Virus record (IMG/VR): IMGVR_UViG_3300043391_000272
Location: 1 to 41,204 of that record
From: a virus
Lineage: Duplodnaviria; Caudoviricetes
Length of the DNA: 41,204 bases
Reading direction: 5' to 3' (one strand)
Part shown: one piece after another, positions 9,815-19,176 of the stretch
Layout: each line of letters opens with the position of its first letter
Numbering within the stretch: the stretch's first letter is position 1
The notes under the pieces: generated by a model
Databases searched by the model: none
What the model saw: only the letters and a program-made list of their open reading frames with translations
What the model was told of the DNA's origin: nothing
Program-made: the position numbers and the translations under genes

Positions 9815-10517
9815 TGATGAGGGTTATAAATCTTTTCCTTACGACAAAGTTAAAGCAAAAGTAAAAAAATTAAAAACAGATCGTGAAAGTTTGGGGAAAA
9901 AACCACTTACTGGAAAAAGTGATAGTGAAATTGGTGATACACTCAATAAAATGGAAAAATCACGCAATAGAGAAACTAGACTAGGTTTGCAATCTAATAC
10001 AGCACACTCATTTGTTCCTAAACAAAAAGAAAAATCAAATAGAAATAGACCAGAAAGTGAAAAGAGAAGTAAAACTGTTGAACCTCAAAAATCATTTGGT
10101 AATCGTCTAACCAGAAGTGATAAGCAAGGTATTCGTGATAGTTATGAGTATGACCTCTACGACATTATTCTCTCACATCTTCTTGATGAAGGATATGCTG
10201 ATACTTTTGAAGCAGCAGAAGCAATTATGGTCAATATGAGTGAAGATTGGAGAGAAAGTATTGTTGAGGTAGCTGCAGACCAATCTGATAAGCAAATTGA
10301 TAAAGGTGTAAAAACCACTTATAAGGCACAGAATGTTCTTGATAATCAACATCAGGGCAGAAGTCGTGGTTTAAATCGTCTTCCTGCTGATGAGAGGGCG
10401 GATAAAACAAAAAAGATGAGAGGTCGTCTAAAATCACGTAGAGATGATTTATTTGGAGAACGCAACAAGCGTGAAGATGAATCAAGAGCAGAATTAAAGA
10501 AAAAATATGGTCTCTGA
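9750..10517 (+). CDS. Modular basic late protein, putative internal head polyprotein (paralog B)
   Basis: Same 24-aa leader and near-identical spacer as paralog A, with unrelated basic segments. Confidence 0.75.
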   Translation: MNSQELRALQEAYSQVYAPQELDEGYKSFPYDKVKAKVKKLKTDRESLGKKPLTGKSDSEIGDTLNKMEKSRNRETRLGLQSNTAHSFVPKQKEKSNRNRPESEKRSKTVEPQKSFGNRLTRSDKQGIRDSYEYDLYDIILSHLLDEGYADTFEAAEAIMVNMSEDWRESIVEVAADQSDKQIDKGVKTTYKAQNVLDNQHQGRSRGLNRLPADERADKTKKMRGRLKSRRDDLFGERNKREDESRAELKKKYGL

Positions 10518-10519
10518 AG

Positions 10520-10575
10520 ACCACTTTCTAAACTGGCACATCGGGGGGTCTTAAGACCTCCTTTTTTTGTATAAT
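10520..10575 (+). promoter_or_regulatory. Cassette-end element copy B: terminator plus AACTG..TATAAT promoter for the vWA gene
   Basis: ACCACTTTCTAAACTGGCACA, hairpin GGGGGTC-TTAA-GACCTCC, T7, TATAAT at 10570. Confidence 0.8.
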
Positions 10576-10596
10576 AGGGTCAACTGAAAACCACTA

Positions 10597-12720
10597 ATGC
10601 CCGTCAATCACGAAGTCAAAGGAATGCTTGCTCGTCTTTTGGCAACAGAAGATTTGGTTGTAGAACATAAGAAAGTTGAGACTGCCTGCTTTAATGTCCA
10701 TACCAGAGTTCTTACTCTCCCGATGTGGGAAAAGGCTAGCAATAATGTCTATGATTTGCTTGTAGCCCACGAGTGCGGGCATTCAATTTTTACCGATGAT
10801 ATTGACTGGTCTAAAACACGCAAAATCCCTCCCCAGTTTGTGAACGTGACTGAGGATGCACGAATTGAGAAGTTGATGAAACGTAAATATGCTGGACTTG
10901 CTAAGACTTTTTATAGTGGATATAAAGAACTGAGTGATGATGATTTCTTCCAGTTGGGTGATGAAGATATTTCCACTTATAATCTTGCCGACCGTGCCAA
11001 TCTTTATTTTAAGGTTGGTAATTTTATCTCTCTTGATTTTAATGTGGAAGAACAGGATATTATTAATCAAATTGCTGCTGCCGAAACTTTTGTTGAGGCA
11101 CTTGATGCTGCTGAGGTTCTTTATAAGTACTGCAAGCAAAAGCAGCAGGAAGAAACCAAAGTTAATTTAGATTCTCACGAAAGTCAGCAGTCTGGTTCTG
11201 GTAGTAATTCTGCTTCTGACTTTATTGACCAGCAAGAAAGTGAGAATGAGACAGATACTGAACCTGATGATGATTCTGACCAAAGTGGTGGTGAATCTGA
11301 AACTACACAAGGTGAGATGGGTGGTGAAGATTATGAACCTGAAGTTAAGACCGTTGATAATTTGGAAGATGCACTCAAAGACCTTGTAAATCAAGATGGT
11401 TGGGAGAATACTTATGTGGAAATTCCTAAACTGAATGTAAAGCAAATCATCATAAGTAATACTGAGATTCATAATCAGTGCAAGCAATCTTGGGCATCAT
11501 ATTCTGATACTCGTGATGAAACCTTTGGTGAAACAGATAAAGACTTCCGTGAGTTCAAGCGTTCGGCACAGAAAGAAGTCAACTATCTGGTAAAAGAGTT
11601 TGAGTGTCGTAAGGCAGCAGATAGTTATGCTCGTGCTACAACTGCTCGCACGGGTGTTCTTGACTGCTCTAAACTGCACACCTACAAATACAACGAAGAC
11701 TTGTTCCGTAAGGTTACAACACTTGCAAACGGCAAGAATCATGGTCTGGTGTTTGTTTTGGACTGGTCTGGTTCTATGAGTCGTGTGATGTTGGATACTG
11801 TGAAACAACTCTTTAATCTCATCTGGTTCTGTAAGAAAGTTAATATTCCTTTTGAGGTTTATGCCTTTACGAATAGTTATCCAATCATTAAGTATGATGA
11901 GAATAACAAACCAATTTTTCCCGAACCTTCACATCAAAAGAAGGAAGGTCTTCTTCGGGTTGATGAATATTTTTCTCTGCTGAATATGCTTACTAGTAAG
12001 ACAAATGGTAAGACACTAGAAGACCAGATGTTGAATATTTATCGTATTGCCTGTAATTTTAGTGACCAGCATTATACTAAGTATGCTGTTCCTGTTGGTT
12101 TGGATTTATCTGGAACTCCTCTAAATGAGGCTTTGATTGCACTTCACGAAATTCTACCTACTTTCCAGAAAGAAAATAAATTGCAGAAAGTCCAGTGTGT
12201 AATTTTGACTGATGGTGAAGCAGCACCCCTGAAGTATTATAAAGAGTTCAATCGTCGTTATGAGGATGGACCTTATCTTGGTCTCAATTCTGTTGGAACG
12301 AATGGTTTCCTGCGTGATCGTAAGACTGGAAATACTTATTCTCTGAATGTGGAATGGTATGGTTTTACTGATGTTCTACTTCGCAATCTCCGTGATAAGT
12401 TCCCTACCGTTAATTTTATTGGTATGAGGATTTTGGAACCCCGTGATGCTAATAGTTTCATTCGTCGTTATACTGGGTGGGTTTCTAAAGATTATGATAA
12501 AATTATGAATACCTGGAAGAAAGAAAAAACCTTTTCTATCAAGAACTCTGGATATCATACCTACTTCGGTCTTTCTGCAACTGCTCTTTCAAATGATGCA
12601 GAGTTTGAGGTTGCCGAAGATGCTACTAAAACTCAAATCAAATCTGCTTTTGTGAAGAGTTTAAAGAGTAAAAAAATGAACAAGAAAGTTCTCGGGGAGT
12701 TTGTGGAATTGGTTGCTTGA
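10597..12720 (+). CDS. CobT-like protein: HExxH metallopeptidase-like domain, acidic linker, vWA domain
   Basis: AHECGH, EDARIE, D/E/S-rich linker, MIDAS DWSGS and LTDGE. Confidence 0.85.
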   Translation: MPVNHEVKGMLARLLATEDLVVEHKKVETACFNVHTRVLTLPMWEKASNNVYDLLVAHECGHSIFTDDIDWSKTRKIPPQFVNVTEDARIEKLMKRKYAGLAKTFYSGYKELSDDDFFQLGDEDISTYNLADRANLYFKVGNFISLDFNVEEQDIINQIAAAETFVEALDAAEVLYKYCKQKQQEETKVNLDSHESQQSGSGSNSASDFIDQQESENETDTEPDDDSDQSGGESETTQGEMGGEDYEPEVKTVDNLEDALKDLVNQDGWENTYVEIPKLNVKQIIISNTEIHNQCKQSWASYSDTRDETFGETDKDFREFKRSAQKEVNYLVKEFECRKAADSYARATTARTGVLDCSKLHTYKYNEDLFRKVTTLANGKNHGLVFVLDWSGSMSRVMLDTVKQLFNLIWFCKKVNIPFEVYAFTNSYPIIKYDENNKPIFPEPSHQKKEGLLRVDEYFSLLNMLTSKTNGKTLEDQMLNIYRIACNFSDQHYTKYAVPVGLDLSGTPLNEALIALHEILPTFQKENKLQKVQCVILTDGEAAPLKYYKEFNRRYEDGPYLGLNSVGTNGFLRDRKTGNTYSLNVEWYGFTDVLLRNLRDKFPTVNFIGMRILEPRDANSFIRRYTGWVSKDYDKIMNTWKKEKTFSIKNSGYHTYFGLSATALSNDAEFEVAEDATKTQIKSAFVKSLKSKKMNKKVLGEFVELVA

Positions 12721-12746
12721 ATAAATAATCAAAAAGTAGTTGTAAG

Positions 12747-13073
12747 ATGAAAACTTTTCAAGAGTTTATGATGATTGTTGAAGGTATGTCGATGAAAGAT
12801 TTCAAGGCAAATCGTAGAAACATTAAACGTAGAGAAGCTTCTGCTGATGCTGAAAAAAGAGGTCACGTAAGTAAGAACATCGTTACTCATGGAAGAAAAT
12901 ATAGTCCTGATGAGGCAAAGTCGGGCAGAGCAAATATGAGTGATAATGAGAGAGCAACAAGAAAGAGTGTTGCTATGAATCCAGACCAAGTTGGTGATAC
13001 TAGAGAAACCGCAGATAAAACCAAAAATACAAACAAACTCCGTAAGCAAAAGGCTATGGGAGAACTCGGTTGA
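12747..13073 (+). CDS. Small basic late protein with T4-type capsid-targeting N-terminus (putative internal protein)
   Basis: MKTFQEFMMIVE vs the T4 IP targeting sequence MKTYQEFIAE; TAAATA at 12722; same leader as the 8802 and 9750 genes. Confidence 0.75.
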   Translation: MKTFQEFMMIVEGMSMKDFKANRRNIKRREASADAEKRGHVSKNIVTHGRKYSPDEAKSGRANMSDNERATRKSVAMNPDQVGDTRETADKTKNTNKLRKQKAMGELG

Positions 13074-13074
13074 G

Positions 13075-13130
13075 ACCAATTTCCAAACTGTCCATCGGGG
13101 GGTCTTGTACCCCCTTTTTGCTGCTATAAT
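13075..13130 (+). promoter_or_regulatory. Cassette-end element copy C: terminator plus AACTG..TATAAT promoter for cobS
   Basis: ACCAATTTCCAAACTGTCCATCGGGGGGTC..ACCCCCTTTTT, TATAAT at 13125. Confidence 0.75.
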
Positions 13131-13163
13131 TACTTCAGTTAAACAAAACCACCTAACTACATC

Positions 13164-14267
13164 ATGCCCCGCAAGATTTCTGTGACTGACGACCAATTGA
13201 TTGCTGATCTCAAATCTCTGTTCGGTCCCGAACTGAGTGCTGGTGATATTCGTGGATATTGTGCATCTAAAGATATTGCTTATCCCACAATTACCCGTCG
13301 TTTGGATCAATTCAAGACTTCTCGTGGTCGTTGGAATTTGGAAGTGACTCAAGAGAAAGTGGAACAAATCGAACGCACCTATCAAGCACCTGCTGCTCTT
13401 CCTGCTGTGGAACAAAACCTTATTCCCGATAAAGATGATACCTTCGTCAAGTTTGGTAATTTTAATGACATTAAAAAAATTATTCAGTCCCGTATTTTCT
13501 ATCCTGCGTTCATTACGGGTCTTTCGGGTAATGGTAAAACGTTCTGTGTTGAACAAGTTTGTGCTCAACTGAAACGTGAGTTGATTCGTGTAAATATTAC
13601 TATTGAAACCGATGAAGATGATCTTATTGGGGGTTTCCGCCTTGTTAATGGTGAAACGGTGTGGCATAACGGACCAGTCATCGAAGCACTGGAACGTGGT
13701 GCAGTCTTACTTCTCGATGAGGTGGATCTTGCATCTAATAAAATCCTTTGCCTCCAATCCATCCTAGAAGGTAAGGGAGTATTCCTGAAAAAGATTGGTT
13801 GTTTTGTCAAACCTGCTGCTGGATTTAATGTGGTTGCGACTGCAAATACCAAAGGTAAGGGTTCGGACGATGGTAGGTTTATCGGTACTAATGTCCTCAA
13901 CGAAGCCTTCCTGGAACGATTCCCTGTAACCTTTGAGCAGTCCTATCCTGCTCCTGCTACCGAGCAGAAGATCCTGGAAGGTGTTGCTTTAGACTTGGGT
14001 GTGGAAGACCGTGACTTCTGCAAACGTCTTGTAGATTGGGCAGATACGATCCGTAAGACGTTCTATGATGGTGGTATTGAAGAAATCATCAGCACCCGTC
14101 GTCTAGTTCACATCATCCGTGCTTATAGTATCTTCCAAGATAAGGGAAAGGCAATTCAAGTTTGCGTCAATCGTTTTGATGATGAAACCAAAACTGCTTT
14201 CTTGGAACTCTATGATAAGTTTGATGCAGATTTCCAAATGCCTCTTGACACCGACCAAGTAAACTGA
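13164..14267 (+). CDS. cobS: CobS-like MoxR-family AAA+ ATPase
   Basis: GLSGNGKT Walker A, LLLDEVD Walker B, TANTKGKG, NEAFLERF, STRRL. Confidence 0.92.
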   Translation: MPRKISVTDDQLIADLKSLFGPELSAGDIRGYCASKDIAYPTITRRLDQFKTSRGRWNLEVTQEKVEQIERTYQAPAALPAVEQNLIPDKDDTFVKFGNFNDIKKIIQSRIFYPAFITGLSGNGKTFCVEQVCAQLKRELIRVNITIETDEDDLIGGFRLVNGETVWHNGPVIEALERGAVLLLDEVDLASNKILCLQSILEGKGVFLKKIGCFVKPAAGFNVVATANTKGKGSDDGRFIGTNVLNEAFLERFPVTFEQSYPAPATEQKILEGVALDLGVEDRDFCKRLVDWADTIRKTFYDGGIEEIISTRRLVHIIRAYSIFQDKGKAIQVCVNRFDDETKTAFLELYDKFDADFQMPLDTDQVN

Positions 14268-14273
14268 TATAAT
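14245..14273 (+). promoter_or_regulatory. Consensus sigma70 promoter at the cobS 3' end
   Basis: TTGACA-17nt-TATAAT with a TG extension. Confidence 0.85.
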
Positions 14274-14313
14274 TGGGGAAGGTAAAAAATGTGCTTTCCC
14301 ACTCTTTCTTATT

Positions 14314-14736
14314 ATGTTTGTCCCCGAAGACGAAAAAAATTCAAACACATTCACTATGTCTCTTAATAGTGAAGATAAAATTGTAATTGAAAAAACTTCC
14401 CTTACTATGAACGAACCAAAAAACAATCTTTGGAAATACAACGAAGATAAAATCCTTAAAGAAGTTGAGGATTATGTGACCAGCACTTATCACGGACATT
14501 ACTGTGGTGATCAAGATGGTTATGCTGATATTCAAACTATTGATTTGATGGCAGCAAAAAAACTTGCCGCAGGTTTCTGTCAAGCAAACATCCTAAAATA
14601 TGGTTCCCGTTATGGTGATAAGGATGGTCGCAACAAACGTGACTTGCTGAAAGTGATTCACTATGCTATGCTACTGCTTCACTTTGATGGTCATTATTCT
14701 CGCAAAGATAATGGACTTACCGAATTCTCCCGTTGA
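14314..14736 (+). CDS. DUF3310-like (T7 gp1.7/SaV-like) protein; start codon uncertain
   Basis: HY..IQTID..GFCQANILKYGSRYGDKDG..DLLKVIHY pattern. Confidence 0.7.
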   Translation: MFVPEDEKNSNTFTMSLNSEDKIVIEKTSLTMNEPKNNLWKYNEDKILKEVEDYVTSTYHGHYCGDQDGYADIQTIDLMAAKKLAAGFCQANILKYGSRYGDKDGRNKRDLLKVIHYAMLLLHFDGHYSRKDNGLTEFSR

Positions 14737-14759
14737 TAATAAAACTTAAATCTCAAATT

Positions 14760-15425
14760 ATGAAACTCTCTGATAACACTCTGACTATTCTCAAAAACTT
14801 TGCCGGAATTAACAACTCTATTCTGGTCAAGCAAGGCAACAAACTCCGCACTATTTCTGTGGCAAAAAATATTCTTGCCGAAGCAGATATTACCGAAGAG
14901 TTTCCCCGTAACTTTGCAATTTATGACCTGAATCAGTTTCTGAATGGTCTCGGACTTCACCAAGATCCGGAACTGGATTTTACAAATGATTCTTACATCA
15001 CAATTCGTGAAGGTAAGCGTCGTGTCAAGTATTTCTATGCTGATCCTAATGTAATTATTTCTCCTCCTGAGAAAGAAATCAAACTTCCTTCTGAGGATGT
15101 TTGCTTCCAACTGGAACATGCATCACTGGAAAAACTTCTCAAAGCAGCAGCAGTATATCAACTTCCCGACCTTTCAGCAGTCGGTGAAGCAGGTGTTGTC
15201 AAACTGGTTGTTCGTGATAAGAAGAATGACACTTCCAACGAATACTCCATCGTGGTTGGTGAGACTGATAAAGAGTTTACCTTCAACTTCAAGGTGGAGA
15301 ACATTAAGATTATTCCTGGTGCCTATGATGTGGTTGTGTCGGAAAAACTTCTGTCACAATTTAGCAACACCAAGTACAATCTGCAGTATTATGTTGCTTT
15401 GGAACCGGACTCTACTTTCGGATGA
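14760..15425 (+). CDS. gp45: Sliding clamp
   Basis: MKLSDNTLTILKNFAGINNSIL, FAIYDLNQFL, YYVALE; ATG at 14760 preferred. Confidence 0.96.
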   Translation: MKLSDNTLTILKNFAGINNSILVKQGNKLRTISVAKNILAEADITEEFPRNFAIYDLNQFLNGLGLHQDPELDFTNDSYITIREGKRRVKYFYADPNVIISPPEKEIKLPSEDVCFQLEHASLEKLLKAAAVYQLPDLSAVGEAGVVKLVVRDKKNDTSNEYSIVVGETDKEFTFNFKVENIKIIPGAYDVVVSEKLLSQFSNTKYNLQYYVALEPDSTFG

Positions 15426-15829
15426 TGCAATTTCTTCTCTATTTGACTCCTGCTGGACAAGAAATTATTAGTACTATTATGCGGAGGAATTACAATGTTG
15501 TTGAAAATGCACCAATCTGTCGCAATAAAGAACTTTTTGGTGTTGTGCAAACTCCCAACTTTGTAATTTGTCTGAATAACATTAAGAATACTATTAGTCC
15601 AGTTGATTATTATGTAAATGAGACAGTTTATCACGAAGCAGTTCATGTAGCACAAGCATGTAAGAAAAAACCACTAGGAGTAGAGGTTTCTCTTGATGCT
15701 TATAAGATGAATGATGTAGTTCGTTCTACAAAAGTTGCCGGTTCTTATCCTGTATATGAATCGGAAGCATACTTCTTAGAAGACAAACCAGAAAAAGTTC
15801 TTTATTATTTGAAAAAGTTCTGCTTTTAA
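15422..15829 (+). CDS. Small HExxH zinc-metallopeptidase-like protein
   Basis: ETVYHEAVHVAQ plus downstream ESEAY; ATGA coupling to gp45. Confidence 0.65.
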   Translation: MMQFLLYLTPAGQEIISTIMRRNYNVVENAPICRNKELFGVVQTPNFVICLNNIKNTISPVDYYVNETVYHEAVHVAQACKKKPLGVEVSLDAYKMNDVVRSTKVAGSYPVYESEAYFLEDKPEKVLYYLKKFCF

Positions 15830-15831
15830 TT

Positions 15832-16341
15832 ATGAATATTTTCGTCACAAACGAATTTCCTGCTGAATCTGCAATTTGTCTTCCTGACAAACATATCGTT
15901 AAGATGCCCTTAGAATGCTGCCAAATGCTTTCCATTGTTGCATCCAAGTGGTATCATAACTACGGCACTCTTCCCAAGTCTGATGGAACTCCTTACAGCA
16001 CTGAGAAGGGTGCTTTTCGTAATCATCCCTGCACTAAGTGGGCAGCAGAATCAATTCACAATGCCTACTGGTTGATTAAGCACGGGATGAATCTATGTGA
16101 TGAGTATGCAGTTCGTTATGGTAAGATCCATTCGTGCTATAATACTCTCCTGTCTGCCTACTATCTTTTTCCAAAAGGAAAGATTACTGATGTGACAGAT
16201 TTCGTTCGTGCCATGCCCGACGAATACAAACTTGATGAAAGCATTGATACATTCACTGCATATAAAATGTATATTGCTTCCAAACCATGGGTTACGGATA
16301 ACTATCTCCGTATGCCTTCTCGCAAACCTGATTGGATTTGA
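15832..16341 (+). CDS. Pyrimidine-dimer DNA glycosylase (DenV-like) family protein
   Basis: MNIF..LPDKHIVKMPLECCQMLS, NHPCTKW, RYGKIH, AMPDEYK. Confidence 0.75.
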   Translation: MNIFVTNEFPAESAICLPDKHIVKMPLECCQMLSIVASKWYHNYGTLPKSDGTPYSTEKGAFRNHPCTKWAAESIHNAYWLIKHGMNLCDEYAVRYGKIHSCYNTLLSAYYLFPKGKITDVTDFVRAMPDEYKLDESIDTFTAYKMYIASKPWVTDNYLRMPSRKPDWI

Positions 16342-16343
16342 TT

Positions 16344-17288
16344 ATGAATAATGATTTTTTGTGGGTAGCAAAGTATGCCCCAAAGACTATTGAAGATTGT
16401 ATTCTCCCTGAGAATATTAAAAAGACGTTTAGTGACTTTCTAAATAAGGGTGAAATTCCAAATATGCTACTTGCCGGTCCTCCAGGAGTTGGTAAGACCA
16501 CAGTAGCAAAGGCACTATGTAATGAGTTAGGAGTAGATTTTTATGTCATCAATGGATCCGACGAGGGTAGATTCCTCGATACTGTCAGAAACAATGCGAA
16601 GAACTTTGCTTCGACCGTCTCACTTTCGTCAGATGCTAAGCACAAAGTCGTCATCATTGATGAAGCAGATAACACAGGGAACGACGTACAACTCCTCCTT
16701 AGGGCTTTTATTGAGGAATTTGCTGGTAATTGTCGATTCATCTTCACCTGCAACTACAAGAACAAAATCATCGAACCCCTTCACTCCCGATGTGCAGTTG
16801 TCGAATTCGGTATCAAGGGAAAGGAAAAATCCCAACTTGCAGGATCCTTCTTCAAGCGTTTGCAAGACATCCTGGATAAAGAAGGTGTCCGATACGATCC
16901 GAAAGTTCTTGCCGAACTGATATCGAAGCATTTTCCTGATTGGAGGCGAGTTCTCAACGAATGTCAGAGGTATTCTGTTGGTGGTGAGATTGATAGTGGT
17001 ATTCTTGCATCTTTCTCTGATGTTGCCGTAAATGATCTGATTACTCACCTCAAAGATAAGAACTTTCCCGAAGTCCGAAAGTGGGTGGTTGCCAACCTGG
17101 ATAACGATTCTTCTGTGATTCTTCGCAGGGTTTATGATGCCTGTTATACCTGTCTTTCACCTCAGACTATTCCTGCTGCCGTTCTTATTATTGCTAAGTA
17201 TCAATACCAAATTGGATTTGTTGCTGACCAAGAAATTAATCTCCTAGCAGCACTTACAGAAATTATGTGTGAATGTGAGTTCCAATGA
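16344..17288 (+). CDS. gp44: Clamp loader large subunit
   Basis: FLWVAKYAP, GPPGVGKT, IIDEAD, PLHSRC. Confidence 0.97.
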   Translation: MNNDFLWVAKYAPKTIEDCILPENIKKTFSDFLNKGEIPNMLLAGPPGVGKTTVAKALCNELGVDFYVINGSDEGRFLDTVRNNAKNFASTVSLSSDAKHKVVIIDEADNTGNDVQLLLRAFIEEFAGNCRFIFTCNYKNKIIEPLHSRCAVVEFGIKGKEKSQLAGSFFKRLQDILDKEGVRYDPKVLAELISKHFPDWRRVLNECQRYSVGGEIDSGILASFSDVAVNDLITHLKDKNFPEVRKWVVANLDNDSSVILRRVYDACYTCLSPQTIPAAVLIIAKYQYQIGFVADQEINLLAALTEIMCECEFQ

Positions 17289-17452
17289 GACCTGAAACAA
17301 GAAAAGCAATGGAGATGCTTTTTACTGCTAAGTGGAATCTCCCAAAGGCAGCAGAGTATTGTAATCTTACTCATAAGGAGTGTAAGATTGTATTTAATGA
17401 GTATTGTAATTTTCACCCTAAGACTTATGAAGACGGCACAGAAATCAATTAA
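17285..17452 (+). CDS. 55-aa hypothetical protein (absent from the ORF track)
   Basis: Manual translation MRPETRKAMEMLFTAKWNLPKAAEYCNLTHKECKIVFNEYCNFHPKTYEDGTEIN; ATGA overlap with the gp44 stop. Confidence 0.7.
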   Translation: MRPETRKAMEMLFTAKWNLPKAAEYCNLTHKECKIVFNEYCNFHPKTYEDGTEIN

Positions 17453-18329
17453 AACTTTTCCACTAAAAACTTGTCTTCGATATCCTGGAGGAAAATCTAA
17501 GGCAACTAAAACTCTTTCACCCTGGTTCCCCGAAAACTTTAAAGAATATCGTGAACCATTTATTGGTGGAGGATCCGTGGCATTTTATGCAACTCAGGCA
17601 TATCCAGATGCCTCAGTTTGGATTAATGATCTTTATGTGCCACTTTATAATTTCTGGGTGCAACTTCGTGACAATGGAGAAGAACTCTCTGATCGTCTAA
17701 AAGATATCAAAACAAAGGCATCTGACTTTGCAACTCAAGATGAGAAGGATGCCGCACATAAACAACTCTTTATTGATACAAAAGAACTGATCAATCAGCA
17801 AGATGGTATTGATCGTGCCGTAAGTTTCTTTATTCTGAATAAATGTAGTTTTTCTGGTCTTACAGAGAACAGCACCTTTTCAGTAACTGCATCTGGTTCT
17901 AACTTCTCATTTGTTGGCATTGAGAAACTCAAAGAGTATTCTAAGTTGATGAAGAACTGGAAGATTACAAATATTGATTACTCAGAAGTAATGAATGCTC
18001 CTGGGGAAGATGTGTTTGTTTTTCTTGATCCCCCATATGATATTAAAGATTTTCTTTATGGAAAGAACCGAGAAATGCACAAGTCATTTGATCACGAAAG
18101 GTTTGCCGAGGATGTTTATAAGTGCCCCCACGAATTTATGATTACTTACAATCTTAATGATAGATTGTGTGAGTTATATAAGGATTACTACCTTCGTGAA
18201 TGGAAACTCAGGTATTCTATGGCACACAGGGGTGAGAAGGGAACTGATGAAAATGTTAAGACAGAACTATTAGTTACAAATTATCCAACAGAAAAATCTA
18301 ATCTATTGGAGGCACTGCTTTATGACTGA
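17427..18329 (+). CDS. dam: DNA adenine methyltransferase (Dam/D12 class)
   Basis: RYPGGKS, EPFIGGGS, FLDPPY; ATG at 17427 preferred. Confidence 0.92.
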   Translation: MKTAQKSIKTFPLKTCLRYPGGKSKATKTLSPWFPENFKEYREPFIGGGSVAFYATQAYPDASVWINDLYVPLYNFWVQLRDNGEELSDRLKDIKTKASDFATQDEKDAAHKQLFIDTKELINQQDGIDRAVSFFILNKCSFSGLTENSTFSVTASGSNFSFVGIEKLKEYSKLMKNWKITNIDYSEVMNAPGEDVFVFLDPPYDIKDFLYGKNREMHKSFDHERFAEDVYKCPHEFMITYNLNDRLCELYKDYYLREWKLRYSMAHRGEKGTDENVKTELLVTNYPTEKSNLLEALLYD

Positions 18330-18705
18330 ATTAAAGGACTGGTTAAATTCGATCAACCAAACAAAGAAGAATCTGATTGATGAAGACCCTTCACTTGAGA
18401 AGGATTATGCCCCATACATTATCAATCGTTGTTTCTCTGGACACATTGATTGTTTGATGTATGCAAATGAAATGAACAAGTATCATTTCCTCCCAAAGAA
18501 GATGCAGTATGATTTTTTTATAAATACTCTGAGAGTTAAAAAGAGATTTTCTCCTTGGCTCCGTAAAGATACGATCAAAGATCTTGATTATGTGAAACGT
18601 TACTATGGTTATAGTAATGAGAAAGCAAAACAGGCTTTGAGGATTCTTACCCAAGAACAACTAACATTTATTAAATCGAAATTTGAAACTGGAGGAACAA
18701 AATGA
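18322..18705 (+). CDS. gp62: Clamp loader small subunit
   Basis: LKDWLNSIN, YAPYIINR, YYGYSNEKA. Confidence 0.93.
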   Translation: MTELKDWLNSINQTKKNLIDEDPSLEKDYAPYIINRCFSGHIDCLMYANEMNKYHFLPKKMQYDFFINTLRVKKRFSPWLRKDTIKDLDYVKRYYGYSNEKAKQALRILTQEQLTFIKSKFETGGTK

Positions 18706-19145
18706 GTGTCGTTCAAGAACCTGTTGTAAATTGGACACCTGACCAAATGGTTGAGGTAATCCTAAATGAACCTGATGATTTTCTCAAGGTTCGTGAAACT
18801 TTGACACGCATCGGAGTTGCTTCACGCAAGGAAAAGAAAATCTATCAATCTTGCCATATTCTTCATAAGCAAGGTAGATACTATCTTGTGCATTTTAAAG
18901 AATTGTTTGCACTTGATGGCAAACACGCCAATCTTACGGTAAATGATGTTCAACGTCGTAATCGTATTGCCCAATTGATTGCAGATTGGGGTCTGGTAGA
19001 AGTTGTCGATGTTTCAAAGATTTCTGATATTGCACCACTGAATCAAATCAAAGTTCTTGCTTATAAGGACAAAGGAGACTGGATTTTGGAAACCAAGTAT
19101 AATATTGGTGCCAAAAAGAAAAGGGTAGAAGAGGAAACCGAATAA
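18702..19145 (+). CDS. regA: Translational repressor RegA
   Basis: DDFLKVRETLTRIG, QSCHILHKQGRYYLVHFKE. Confidence 0.97.
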   Translation: MSVVQEPVVNWTPDQMVEVILNEPDDFLKVRETLTRIGVASRKEKKIYQSCHILHKQGRYYLVHFKELFALDGKHANLTVNDVQRRNRIAQLIADWGLVEVVDVSKISDIAPLNQIKVLAYKDKGDWILETKYNIGAKKKRVEEETE

Positions 19146-19151
19146 GAAAGT

Positions 19152-19176
19152 GGGGAGAACAACACTCCCCTTTTTT
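19152..19176 (+). terminator. Terminator after regA
   Basis: GGGGAG-AACAACA-CTCCCC-T6. Confidence 0.85.

Noticed and set aside
9673-13130. Repeated elements as a CRISPR array or IS ends
   Set aside because: Copies are degenerate and separated by whole genes; no cas, transposase or target-site duplication seen
12729-13667. 312-aa minus-strand ORF
   Set aside because: Antisense to two well-supported plus-strand genes and crosses their terminator/promoter; no recognisable domain
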